A stretch of 64,000 nucleotides of DNA, taken from NCBI GenBank assembly GCA_000004985.1, contig GG738845.1; one strand, given 5' to 3'. Of the stretch, positions 49,603 to 61,010 are shown piece by piece. Made by a program: the position numbers and the translations under genes. Every line of letters begins with the position of its first letter. The stretch's first letter is position 1. The notes below the pieces were generated by a model. The model saw nothing but the letters and a program-made list of their open reading frames with translations, had not been told where the DNA came from and did not search any database. The stretch is from Naegleria gruberi. Taxonomy: Eukaryota.

Positions 49603-49770
49603 CAAATAACTCCGTAAAATTATAATTGTTTGTTTTTAGAATACTTTACATTTGTGTTTGGCCGTATTACTCTCCTTTTAAATCATGTTGTAACGGTCGT
49701 CTCAATTTCATTTATGACATTTTAACCTTATTTAAGATTTACATTACTCCTGTGGAGGGATTTTGGTTTA

Positions 49771-50373
49771 TTATCTATTTAGAATATTGTAAAACCTCCA
49801 CTTCCATTCAGATTTCAAGTAGAACGAAGAAAGAGATGCAAGCTCAATGTGTTCATTGTAAAACCTTTCAGAAATTTTAGAATAATCAATAATAGTGAAG
49901 AGTTCAGAAAATATCAATTCCGAGTTGAGATTACTATTCAACAATTTCAAAATATCCTTTCCATAATTTTGTAAGATATATTCACACATTAATTTTGAAT
50001 ATTCATTATCAAATATTTTAGTATTCAATAAATCAGTAATTTGTTCAACATTATCGAGAGGATAATTTTGATTTTTTAATTGTATTAATTCATCTATTAT
50101 TGATTTTGATACTTTCATACTAAATTTATATACATCATACGGAATGTTTAATTCTACAGTCTTATTATAATCTCTAATGACACTCAGATATGATGTCAGC
50201 ATACTGAGAATAGAAATCGGTAAAAGTATTCGGAATGGTAGTGAATTTTTAATTATTTGATGGTATTTAATCCGAATAAAATTAATAGTGATTTGTTTAA
50301 TATTACTATTGGATGATTGTTGGCTGAGGTGATGAAGGAATTTTGACGATTTGAGTGAGGAGAAGAATTTCAT
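49771..50373 (-). CDS. Hypothetical protein of 200 aa
   Basis: A complete ORF with strong start context (gaaaaaaATGaaa). Leu/Ile/Asn-rich. No domain recognised. Confidence 0.4.
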   Translation of the reverse strand: MKFFSSLKSSKFLHHLSQQSSNSNIKQITINFIRIKYHQIIKNSLPFRILLPISILSMLTSYLSVIRDYNKTVELNIPYDVYKFSMKVSKSIIDELIQLKNQNYPLDNVEQITDLLNTKIFDNEYSKLMCEYILQNYGKDILKLLNSNLNSELIFSELFTIIDYSKISERFYNEHIELASLSSFYLKSEWKWRFYNILNR

Positions 50374-50417
50374 TTTTTTCTAAATTGATTTTAAATTATT
50401 TTGAATTCATGGAATGT

Positions 50418-52217
50418 TTATAATTTAGATTGAATTACATTCAAACTTCTTCTTAGTTGAATATCATCTCTTCTATTCAAAACAACAACACTAACCCTAT
50501 CCAGCTCAGGAGACACCTCCAAATGGATATGATCATTCTCCGCAAACAAGTGATCAGAAGCTGCCAGTGGCGTAAGAATATGATTTTCTAACACACCTGT
50601 AACAGTAAGGGAAGGTCTATATCTCTTCATGAGCCATATCACAACATCCTCACTCCATGTCATTTTGAATCTTTTTTGAGTAAAGGCAAATGTTGAAAAG
50701 ACATTCAATTGTGTCACAATTTGATTACAAAGCTCAATATCTGAGAAGGCAAAGAATGGTATAATAGCATTAAATTGATGGAGGAATGCATCAAAGCATT
50801 TTGGTTGTTTGCTTTCTTCTGTCGATTTGTTAGAATTATTCAAATGATCGACCAGTATTGGTGTGATTTGATGTCTAAATTCAATCACTCTATCTAAGGC
50901 ATCAATGGTTGAGTATGAAGAAGTAACTTGGTCAACAAACTTTGAAGAAGGTGGAGGAGGTGCAACCTTTGTACGATTCATTCTTCGTTTAAAATCATAA
51001 TCATAGGCATCCTCATTCTCGTAACCTTCAAATCCATTATCCCAATTACCTATTGTCTTTTTCTCCTTTTCGTATTTCTCTATTAAATTATTTGGTCCAC
51101 TCTCCAGAATATTCTTTTTCACAACTTGGTCACTTATTACAGAAATGCAAATAAATATGGCCTGGCTGGCATCTATTATTTTCACCAAATCATCCTCGTT
51201 ATCTTTCTTCTTTTCTTTTTTCCCAGGTTCTAGTGAGGATGATTGCTTTCTCGTTTTTTGCTCTAGAATAATGCCAGATCTGAAGAGTTGATGTAAAAAT
51301 CTGAATACAGATGGATGGGCACTCTCCATATTATTGAATACAATTACAGCATTTGGAGTGGTCTCTAGAATGACATTTAATTGACCTAGCATGTAATTGA
51401 AAGGTTCAGAATATCTATACTCATCAGAAAATTGTACAAGATTTGATAAATCTTCCTCCTCGGTAAAATAGCTCATATCTAAGAGTACAAATGGTCTGCT
51501 TTGTGATTGGGCAATGAGTTTTGACAGATAAATTTTTCCACATCCAACAGGTCCAATTAAGAACAAAGAGAGTGGTATCTTTGTTTGCTTCCTTATCTGA
51601 TGATTATCTTCCATATTTGAAATGAATTGATTTTCATTCGTGAGTTGATGATAAGAGTAGGACCATATTGTAGACTGACGAAGTAAGCAGAAACAAACTG
51701 TCTTGATGGCAATTTCCTGATTCACCAAACACTTATTTAAATAATTTTCCAACTGTAAGAGTGGAACAGTCTTTCTCTGCACACCCTTCTTTCCGCCGCT
51801 CATAATTGGTCTATCAAATCTTTCAATAATAAAAGGTGGTCTTATTTGGTGGTTATTGTCTCCCAAATAATCAAATTTGTTAGAGGCTTCGACTGGAACT
51901 GAATTCGATGCTGCCGAAGAAAATAAATTCCAATATTGATGTTGGAATAACATGTTGGTAGCCTTGTCCTTTAATTCTTGAAAAACTCGCATAAATCCAC
52001 CATTTGAATGTGTTGTTTCCTCTTGTTGATCAATGATGAGATTTTCATTCCGATATTTATCAGTTGTGTTTTCTAATGATGCCTTCACATTGGCTGCTGA
52101 TGATGAGGAATTAATTAATTTACTCTGTGTTGTTGTCATATTGTTTTGGTTTGATTGTCCTTGTGAAGGAAGATTTGATGATGAGGGTTGTTTATTTCCT
52201 ATCGTTAAATTGGACAT
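50418..52217 (-). CDS. ClpB/Hsp104 D2-like AAA+ protein with a degenerate active site, a probable pseudo-ATPase. It has a low-complexity N-terminal region.
   Basis: LLQLENYLNKCLVNQEIAIKTVCFCLL..PLSLFLIGPVGCGKIYLSKLIAQSQ..RPFVLLDMSYFTEEEDLSNLVQ..VIVFNNMESAHPSVFRFLHQLFRSGIILEQKTRK parallels ClpB NBD2 (LLxLEEELHxRVVGQDEAVxAV..GSFLFLGPTGVGKTELAKALA..RIDMSEYMEKH..VILFDEIEKAHPDVFNxLLQVLDDGRLTDGQGRTV). The Walker A Lys is retained but GKT becomes GKI. The Walker B hhhhDE becomes VIVFNN. The sensor/GQ motif reads VNQ instead of VGQ. Confidence 0.55.
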   Translation of the reverse strand: MSNLTIGNKQPSSSNLPSQGQSNQNNMTTTQSKLINSSSSAANVKASLENTTDKYRNENLIIDQQEETTHSNGGFMRVFQELKDKATNMLFQHQYWNLFSSAASNSVPVEASNKFDYLGDNNHQIRPPFIIERFDRPIMSGGKKGVQRKTVPLLQLENYLNKCLVNQEIAIKTVCFCLLRQSTIWSYSYHQLTNENQFISNMEDNHQIRKQTKIPLSLFLIGPVGCGKIYLSKLIAQSQSRPFVLLDMSYFTEEEDLSNLVQFSDEYRYSEPFNYMLGQLNVILETTPNAVIVFNNMESAHPSVFRFLHQLFRSGIILEQKTRKQSSSLEPGKKEKKKDNEDDLVKIIDASQAIFICISVISDQVVKKNILESGPNNLIEKYEKEKKTIGNWDNGFEGYENEDAYDYDFKRRMNRTKVAPPPPSSKFVDQVTSSYSTIDALDRVIEFRHQITPILVDHLNNSNKSTEESKQPKCFDAFLHQFNAIIPFFAFSDIELCNQIVTQLNVFSTFAFTQKRFKMTWSEDVVIWLMKRYRPSLTVTGVLENHILTPLAASDHLFAENDHIHLEVSPELDRVSVVVLNRRDDIQLRRSLNVIQSKL

Positions 52218-52385
52218 TTTTTAGGCGGGAATTTTCAAGTTAAAGTTTAAACAATGCAATTAATTGTTAATAAATAATTAAAAGGGTTTTGTTACCATTA
52301 AATGTCGATCTTTTAATTTAACATTGAATAAATTGTACTCAACCGTTCATAAATTTGTAATGCAAAAGAATTTAAATATTAAAAA

Positions 52386-55300
52386 ATGAAATCTTCAACC
52401 AGTAGAAATGAGTTGGGGAAATCTGGAGCCTCGTCATCATTAACTTCTGGAGAAGGTACACCTACAAAACCTATCAGAAGAAGAGCAGGAAGTACTAATC
52501 AAGGATCATCATCCACAACATCATCATCCGATAAAACCAAATCATCTCGTTCATCAACTGTAAGAGGCAACAATGAAAAGGATACTCCAACACCAACTAC
52601 TACATCATCAAAGGAAAATACCAAGTCAAAAGAAAATTCAAAAGAAAAGGAACCAAAATCCGAATCAAAATCGGAAAGAGGATCAAGCACACCTCTTATG
52701 CCTCCACCACCTAATACAGAAAAATGTACTCCTTTCTATCCTATTACCATGTTCCAAGAAAAATCAGCATTCGGAGCAAACTATAATGAAGGAGAATTTA
52801 TCGAAACACTCACTTATAAATTATTAAATGAAGTTAATAGAATTAATTCCAATAATTCGTCAAATGGATTTGGATCAAACAGTGCGAATCAAGAATTAGA
52901 GGACAAACAAGCTGATTATTTGGAAGTTTTTCAACAATTATTTCACAGAAGTATTGTTGATATGGAAAGATTAATGAAAGATGTAAATATTACTGTGGAA
53001 AAGTTGGTAAAAGAAACTGAAGCTGCATCTCAGAAACATCAGTCCAAATTACAAACATTTCATCAAGAGTTAGAGGTAGGTAATCTTTTTAAATTAATTA
53101 CTAATTAGCCATCAAGACAATATCAGAAAAATTCAAAAATATCGAAGATGTCATTAATCAAGTTGGTAATACTACTGTACAAATTGGTAATACTCTCGAC
53201 ACTGTAGATAAACAAAAGAGTAGAGCTATTGAAGCTAAACAATTGATGAAATTCTTTAATGAATTCAACAGCTATACCCCAGAACAATTCAAACACGAAA
53301 TTTTACCAAAGAAAAAGTTCAACCATGCCATCTTTAAGAAGAAGGGATCACAACATCGCGCTGCCAAAATTGTGCAAGAATTGTCCCTCATTGCTGCTGA
53401 TTTGACAAAGGTAGATTCATGTAAAAATGCTATTGCCAATATCAAATTATATAATGACGACCTTTTACAAAATTTATTGGAAGATTTTGCTCAATCTGTC
53501 AAGTTGAGTGAGGATCAAAGAAAACAAGGTATTAGCGAAATGAAGAAAAAGGCCAGAATTTTGCTTGATATTAAGAATGAATCAAAATGCATTGATCTCT
53601 ATGTAAAGATGAGATTTGAAAAATTCATTACCTTTACAACGGAGGCTGTTGAAAAACAATTGAAGGAAAATTTTGGAACACTCCTAAAAGATATAAAAGA
53701 ATTAGAGACTAAATTGGAATCTAAAAAACCTACCAAATCAGTTGTTGAAGAAGAAAATGAGGATGATGAAGATCAAGACGAAGAAAGAGGCACATCTACA
53801 GAAGTCTCTCAAAATAATACGAATAATACTGGTACAGATAAGTCTACGGATAGTAATGCAGAAAAAGAGGATATCGAATCTCTAGAAAATACTCTCGATA
53901 CATATAGACAACAACTTGATGAAGCTCGGTCTAACACTCGAGAAATTGTATATCAGGAATGTATCAATGCTGTCATTAAGAGTGTAAATGATGTTGAAGC
54001 ATACACAAACTTTTTAACAAGAGTTGAAAAGGCAACCTCATCAGAATATTCTATCATTTCTGAAGTATTTTCCAACTCTTCTAGAGATGTACTTTTACTC
54101 TTCCTTCAAAAGATTGTTGATGAAATTCTGGAAGAAATTGTGAGTTCACTCCTCAAAGAACCAGAAGAAGATAGATTGGAATCATACCTCAAAAATTTCG
54201 AAAAGATTTATAATACCACCATTAATTTTGTGGATAGACTGGTGACAGAACACTCTAACATTCCAACTTTGAAATCCAACTTGACAAGAAGCATTGAGAA
54301 TATCTTCTTTGTCAAAAAGAAGGGTTATGGAAGTGTAGAACAAAAATATGTCGATGGAAAGTATGAGGAGATTGTTCAACCAATTGAAGAAATGGAATCA
54401 CCAATATTACAACTCTTAGCTACCTCTCAAAAAACTCTTCTTTCTGGCTCCAACTTGCTACAAATTTTCAGCAACGCTATGCAAGTACCTGAACAAGTTG
54501 AAATGCTCAAAGATTATCCTCGATTACAATTGGATGTTATTGTAAACTTTATTCACACTAACACTGAATCATTGTTGAGATGCAAGAAACTGTCTCTAAA
54601 GAATGAAATCCCAAAGAATATGTACACTATTTTTGAATTGCTGAAAAATGCTGTTTGTAATTATGTAAAGAAGGGACTCGAATTTTCTGTGGCAACTATT
54701 TCATATGGAGCCAAGAAGGAACCATCCACAGATCTCTACTTGGCAATTCACTTGACAAATTCTGTACTCCAAAAAGTACAGAGACACTTGGAACAAAACG
54801 TACTGCCAAGCATTGTGTCTGTATCCTTGCCAATGCAATTACAATGTATCAAGCTGAAAGATGATTTATTTTCTACCCTCGAGTCATATGTTGTGAAAGG
54901 ATTGGAAATTATGTTAAAATCTATTGTAGAGTATTGTAAATTCATTTTGGAGAAGGAACAAAAGAATATTGCAGCAGACTATAAACCAAAAGAAAATGAT
55001 TCAAGGTTTGTCTTTGTAGAACATCAACCAACCCAGGGCTGCACAAAATGTTGTTCCTTCCTGACAACACACTGCGAACAGATTCAAACCTGTCTATTTG
55101 GTAAGAATAGAGAATACTTTTTGACGAAATTGGGTATGCATTTTTTCCAATTATTGACCAATACCCTTAAAGATATGTCAGTAAGCAATTTGGGAGCCAT
55201 TAAATTGATGAGAGATTTGTCAGAGTATCAGAAATGTATGAGACAATTCCAAGTAACAGTTATTGAAGATCAATTCGATACTCTCAGAGAAGTTTCCAAC

Positions 55301-55459
55301 GTTTTACTTGTCTTACCACAGAATCTTCCAGAAGTTGTCTCTCAATTAGAAAAGAATCCATCCGTGAAACATGAAGATGTTATTGCATTCATCAGAATGA
55401 GAAGTGACTATAGCAAGAATAAGACCATGTTTAAAGAGAAAATCCCTGATTTCCACTAG
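52386..55459 (+). CDS. EXOC5: Exocyst complex component Sec10/EXOC5. Two exons with a 29-nt intron at about 53080..53108 (G|GTAATC...TAATTAG|). The N-terminal extension is S/T/K-rich.
   Basis: Exon 2 opens ..KQKSRAIEAKQLMKFFNEF, matching human EXOC5 TPRQRAVEAQKLMKYFNEF. The C-terminus FIRMRSDYSKNKTMFKEKIPDFH matches EXOC5 FVQLRADYRSARLARHFS. The exon 1 ORF (track 52386..53108) ends FHQELE, aligning with EXOC5 FQHFQELD. Only the phase-1 join across the 29-nt intron keeps the frame open. Confidence 0.75.
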
Positions 55460-55829
55460 ATCAATTTTCTTTTATAAACTCCACCAATTATTCTTGCTTT
55501 GCAACTTTGCCTCATATCTCCTGAGTGTTGTTGCGGATATTCTGTTAACAACCGTAATTGACTGTATCGCTGAATTTTTTGCGCTCTCCTCTTCCCACCT
55601 ATTAATCCTACCATCATCAATAAGGCAAATCACCTTCCAAACATATTTCAGTTCCACGTAAATGTTGCACAGGTTCTTCCTTTTGACCCAAACAATTGGA
55701 ATGCCTAGATATTGTTCCTTTTGGATAAAAGAACCTTTTTTCAAGTCCAACTCACTTCTACGTTGAAACTGTATATCAAGAAATATATTAAGGTAGTAAG
55801 GTACCATCCATTCTTTTTAAAACAAAAAA

Positions 55830-58800
55830 ATGCAAACACTACCAAGAGATAACACTCCTGAAAGTGCAATGAATCACATTATGCAGGTTGGTAATGCATC
55901 ATCAAGATTACTTGGTTGTTCCACCTCAAAGAGGATCTCCTCCACACTAGCCGCATCACTCTGTATGATTGTTGCAGTGGTATGCTTTAGTTCAATCATG
56001 ATGATCTCATCTAGCTTTAGCTTTGTAGAGGGACAACAACAACCACAACTCAAAGTCTGTATCAATCAAACATCTACATGGAAGCAAGACATCTGTAGTA
56101 CCAATATTACAATGACCTATCCTAGTTATTGTCATTATCAAAATCCGTACATTGTTCCCTATCCTCTAGGTTACAAATTATTCAATGATTCCACTATTGA
56201 TTTGCAAACATGTTTAGATAAGAATGGAAATCCACAAGATGAATGGTCTGATGAATGCTACTTCCTCAATTCTTTAAATATCATAGAGTTGGAGGGTTTC
56301 TCCACAGGTAATCAATCCTCTCGTTACATTCTATTTGCTACTAATAGAGGCCAATTATTTGGATCCAATTTCAATGATGGAAACGTGTTGCTTCCTCTCA
56401 TGGGAGATAACAATCACTTTGAACCAATTACAAAGGTTGTGAGCGTTCCTTTCAAGGAAGGAAAGGGTGTTTACGTCATTGGTAAAGCAAAACAACACTC
56501 TATCATGTATTATTATTCGCAATTGGATGTAACTTTTCGTCCATGCACCAATTTTAATTTACTAACCAATGCAGATATTGTTTATAGTGAAATTTTATAT
56601 ATGGAAGATCAGGGAGAAATATTCTTACTTTTAATTGGTGAGGAAACAATCTTCTTTTCAAAACTTGGAGCATTGTGCAATATTGTAGAAAAGATTTATA
56701 CTTATCAATTCACTAGTGAAAAGATTGTTAATGTTCAAGTTCATACTCAATATTATAACATTTCTAAACCGACAGCATCCATCTATATTAAGGATGATCA
56801 TCCATACAGAAATTTAATTAGTATTCAAACTAGCAAGTCTCTCTATTTGATTCCTTTCGAGAGAGGTGATAAGGTTATAAGTGGTAATTCTGCTGGATAC
56901 AATCTAATTTATAGAGTTGGATCTTTGGATGAAAAAACTACCATAAGTGGATATACTTTATTCAAGGAGGAAATTATTAAGGCAACTGGTGGAGAATGTT
57001 CTTCATCGGCTCCAGAATATTATCAAGCTCTCTATATTGGAGTTGCTACTTTTAACTCTCAAACTGGATCTTCCAAGATGACTTTGAGAAATTTGAACAG
57101 TTGGGGTTATGAAAGAAGTGATAATACTGTATGTGACGTGACCATTGGTGAATATCCAATCGATGGAAAGTGTGTCAAAGCATTTGAACATGTGCAAACA
57201 CTTCCATACAAGGTCACTCATATCAAATCAACATTTGTTGATCTTCCAGTTGAAGTAAGGGATCAAATTATGGGAATTACAGCTCAATATGTTACCAATA
57301 CCCAAGCAGCTATTCAATCAGTTGGCCCCATGTGTGAACAAATGGCTGGTGTTTCAACTCTCCTAAATAAGGGATCTGATTACATGACCAATTACAAGGC
57401 TTGTTTAGCAACTTTCCAAGCAGTAATTGAAGGAGCTGGACAATGTTCAACCCTTCTGGATATTATTCCACCAGATACTGTGAGAGAAATGATGCTTTAC
57501 CACTGGGTTCACAACATTTTCATCACCATGGAAGATAATTCTCTCATTATTTTTGGTGCTCAAGCTCGTGCATGTCAATCATCTGTTGAAAGAAGTCTAG
57601 TTGTCCGTGAGTACAATCAATTCAAACTTGTTGGAAGACCTTTGGAGTTGGGTATTTCACCAAATGGTCAACACATCTTCCTTACCTTAACAAGAAAGAA
57701 GTGGGAAATTGACGCCTTAATTCGTTATCATGCCATTTGTGAAACTCTGAAAAAGGATGAGAAAAATATATTCTTTAGTTCATTTGCTGATACATGTAAG
57801 GAAAATCCACCAACTGAACCAAATATTGGTTTATTTGGTTTCTCACTTAGTTATTGTATGCCTGGTTTATACTGTCCTAATGTTAAGGAAACAGTCATTA
57901 CAAAACTAGATAATGGTTACTATACTGAAAGACCTAATTATGCCATGCTTTGTCCAAAAGGCAATTTTTGTAAGTTTCTTCTAATAGCTTTTGTTTTACT
58001 CTTTTGATGTTAATAGGTACAAACGGTGTCAAGATGCTTTGTCCACCAGGATTCTATTGTGATGAAGAGGGGTTGGAAGCTCCAAAACGTTGTACTGATA
58101 ATAATTACAATTGTTTCAAGAGTGGTTTACAACAAGAAAATAACGTGCCAGACAAGGGAACTTTAACATTGACTCCTTACTATCCAACCATTCCAATTTC
58201 AGATGGTTTATTCATTATGAGAAGGGATGCCATCCATTATTCAGTTGCAGAATGTAAGAAAGGTGAATACTGTCCATTAGCAAGAGAACTTCAATTTAAC
58301 TCAACTGAGGATTTTAACACTACCAGAAAGAGTTTGAATTGTCCTGATAATACTTTTTGTACAGATTCCCGCATCATTACTCCAACTATTTGTAAATGCA
58401 ATTTTAGTTATTGTAGTTATTGTGTTGATGGAGCAAGTCAGGAAATTGCCTGTCCAGCAGGTTTTTACTGCACCTCTCCAGCAACAAAGAAAGCATGTAC
58501 AAGTGGTCAATATTGCCCTGAAGGAAGTGTCATTCCTCAAGTGTGTCCTGCTGGATATTATTGTGCAAATCCTTCTTCTTTGTCAACTTGTCCTTCTGGA
58601 CATTATTGTCCAACAGGAAGCATTATTCCAAGAGCATGTAGTTTCCTTTCAATTTGTTCAACCAATCAAGAACATGAGGCTTTCAACATTTTGGGATTCC
58701 TCTTTGTTTTTATTTGTTCTTTAATTGTCATTGTAATCTTTTATGCTATCAGACTTGGAAGAAAGTTATGGAATAATTATATTGATAAGAAGAGATCAAT

Positions 58801-60885
58801 TATTCAAACACCAACTTCTCAAAGAGAATTGATGGAACCAGGTGACAAAAAGCCTGCAGGTGTTTCCATTGTCTTTGATAAGCTTTGTTATCATGTGAAT
58901 GGCAAATCAATCCTTAATGATGTGACAGGTGTAATTCCTCCATCTAGATTGACTGCAATCATGGGACCTAGTGGTTGTGGTAAGACAACATTACTTTCCA
59001 TTTTGGCAGGAAGAGTTTATGAAGGTTCAATCAATGGTACCATTAAGATTAATAATACTATTGATTCATTCGCAAATTTGAAAAAGATTACAGGATTTGT
59101 TCCACAAAATGATATCATGCATCCAAATTTAACAGTTAAGGAAACTATTCATTTTGCAGCCAAGACTAAATTGGACTTTAGATTGGCCGCTAAACAAGTA
59201 ACTTCAATTATTAGTAATGTTATTGAAACTCTTGGTCTTGGTCATATTAAACACTCAATTATTGGTGATGAAAAGCAGAGAGGTATTTCAGGAGGTCAAA
59301 AGAAACGTGTTAACATTGGTATTGAATTGGCAGCTGATCCAAAAGTTTTGTTTTTGGATGAACCTACTTCTGGTTTAGATTCAGTCTCAAGTAAGGAAGT
59401 TATGTTTGCCCTTAATAGAATTGCTACTGAACAAAATGTTACCGTTGCAGCAGTTATTCACCAGCCTAGAACTGAAATATTCGAAATGTTCCATAATGTA
59501 ATTTTATTGGAAACTGGTGGTAGATTAGTTTATAATGGACCAAGCGCAAATGCATTGCCATATTTTGAAAAGTTAGGTTACAAAGCAGATGCAAAAGTTA
59601 ATCCAGCTGATTTCATTCTCGATGTTACCTCTGGTCAAGTTCATAATGATAACAAATATATTGCCTCAAGTTTATCTCAAGTTTGGGAGAAACATAGTTC
59701 TACAAGTTATTTCAAAGTCAATCAGAAAGAACTCTTGGAATGTTCTGATTATGAAGAAATTAAGAGGGAAAATTCAAGAAGAACAACTCTTATCACAAGT
59801 CAATTATGGTTATGTTTGAGAAGAACTTTGATTCAATTCACAAGAAGTGTTTTTGATTTCTTATTGGGTGTCTCTTTGGTGTATATTGGTGGTCTTGCAT
59901 GTGGTATAATCTTTGTAGATGGTTTGCATTACAGAGGACCTCCACACGAAGAAATTATCAAATTATGTCCAGAACCATTAAGATTGAAATGTTCAATGCC
60001 CCTCGATGATCCAATCATTTCTATGGCACAAATCATTCCATTGGGTATGGCATTGTGTGGTGTGATGAGTTCTTTGAGTATTTTCGGTGATGAATTGGTT
60101 GTTTTCAAGAGAGAATATGCAAGTGGATTGTCAACCTTAATGTACTTTATTGCAAAGAATATTGTTCACATTCCTTATATTTTGATTTATCCAGCCATTT
60201 ATACGTCCATCTTTTATATTCTTGCCAATCCATTAGGATCTTTCTGGGAATAGTAAGTAGTACAATTAGTGATCTTGTAATTAATATTGAAAATGATAGT
60301 TATGGATATTTAATTTTAGTTTATAATGTTGCTGTTGGTTTTGGTTATTTGCTTTCCATTCTATTGCGACCATCTGTCAGTAAATTGGCAGGTGTAGTTG
60401 TTGTAATTATCATGACCATGTTAGCAGGCCTTAGACCAACAATTCCTCAAATGAATGACATGTTCTTCCCAATGAATATTCTCCACTGGATTTCCTTCTT
60501 GAGATATTCACAAGAAATTGTTTATCTAATTGAACTTGAAAAGTTTACTCAAATTTTCAATGTTCAAACAAGTTTAGACATTTTTGGATACCAGTTTGGA
60601 AATTGGTGGTCAGGTGTAGCATTGATTTGTTATGCAATTGCTTTGAGAATTCTCGCCTATTTGGCTTTATTATATGTTCCAGATACTGTTTTCATAAAGA
60701 GAGGATTCAGATGGCTCATTAATAGAAGAGTTATTATCAAGAATTGGATTGCTCAAAAGAAGGCAAACAGAAAACCAAAGGAATTTCTTGTTGACTCCTC
60801 ACCTTCAACACCTGTTAACCTAAGTAACGAGAATCTATTAGGAGGAGAAGAACAATCACCATATTATAGAGTTTCAGACATTTAA
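55830..60885 (+). CDS. ABCG-family half transporter (nucleotide-binding domain then transmembrane domain, abbreviated NBD-TMD below) fused to a large N-terminal extracellular region. The ectodomain is a roughly 700-aa unknown domain plus GCC2/GCC3-like CxxGxYC cysteine repeats, then one TM helix before the NBD. Three exons, about 1654 aa, with introns at about 57970..58016 (47 nt) and 60253..60299 (47 nt).
   Basis: Exon 1: ATG with aaaaaaaATG context, an N-terminal hydrophobic segment (LAASLCMIVAVVCFSSIMMISSSFSFVEG), then a long Cys-containing ectodomain. The donor TG|GTAAGT and acceptor TTAATAG| join in frame to exon 2 (..KGNFC|TNGVKMLCPPGFYCDEEG). Exon 2 has repeats CPPGFYC / CPAGFYC / CPEGSVIPQVCPAGYYC / CPSGHYCPTGS and the TM helix ILGFLFVFICSLIVIVIFYAI. 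Then come the ABC NBD motifs: Walker A GPSGCGKTTLLSILAGR, Q-loop, signature ISGGQKKRVNIGIEL, Walker B KVLFLDEPTSGLD, H-loop AVIHQPR. Exon 3 follows a GTAAGTAG..ATGATAG| intron and adds further TM helices (VGFGYLLSILLRP.., VVVVIIMTMLAGL.., WSGVALICYAIALRILAYLALLYV). Confidence 0.75.
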
Positions 60886-61010
60886 ATAAAATCAAAAGCA
60901 AATTTGCTGCAAAAACAAAAGTGCAATTCTAGTATTCCATGTAAATTTTAAAAAAAACGAAAAACGTTAAAGTTTGCCTATTATCATCAGACTAGTAATA
61001 TTTATTAACA

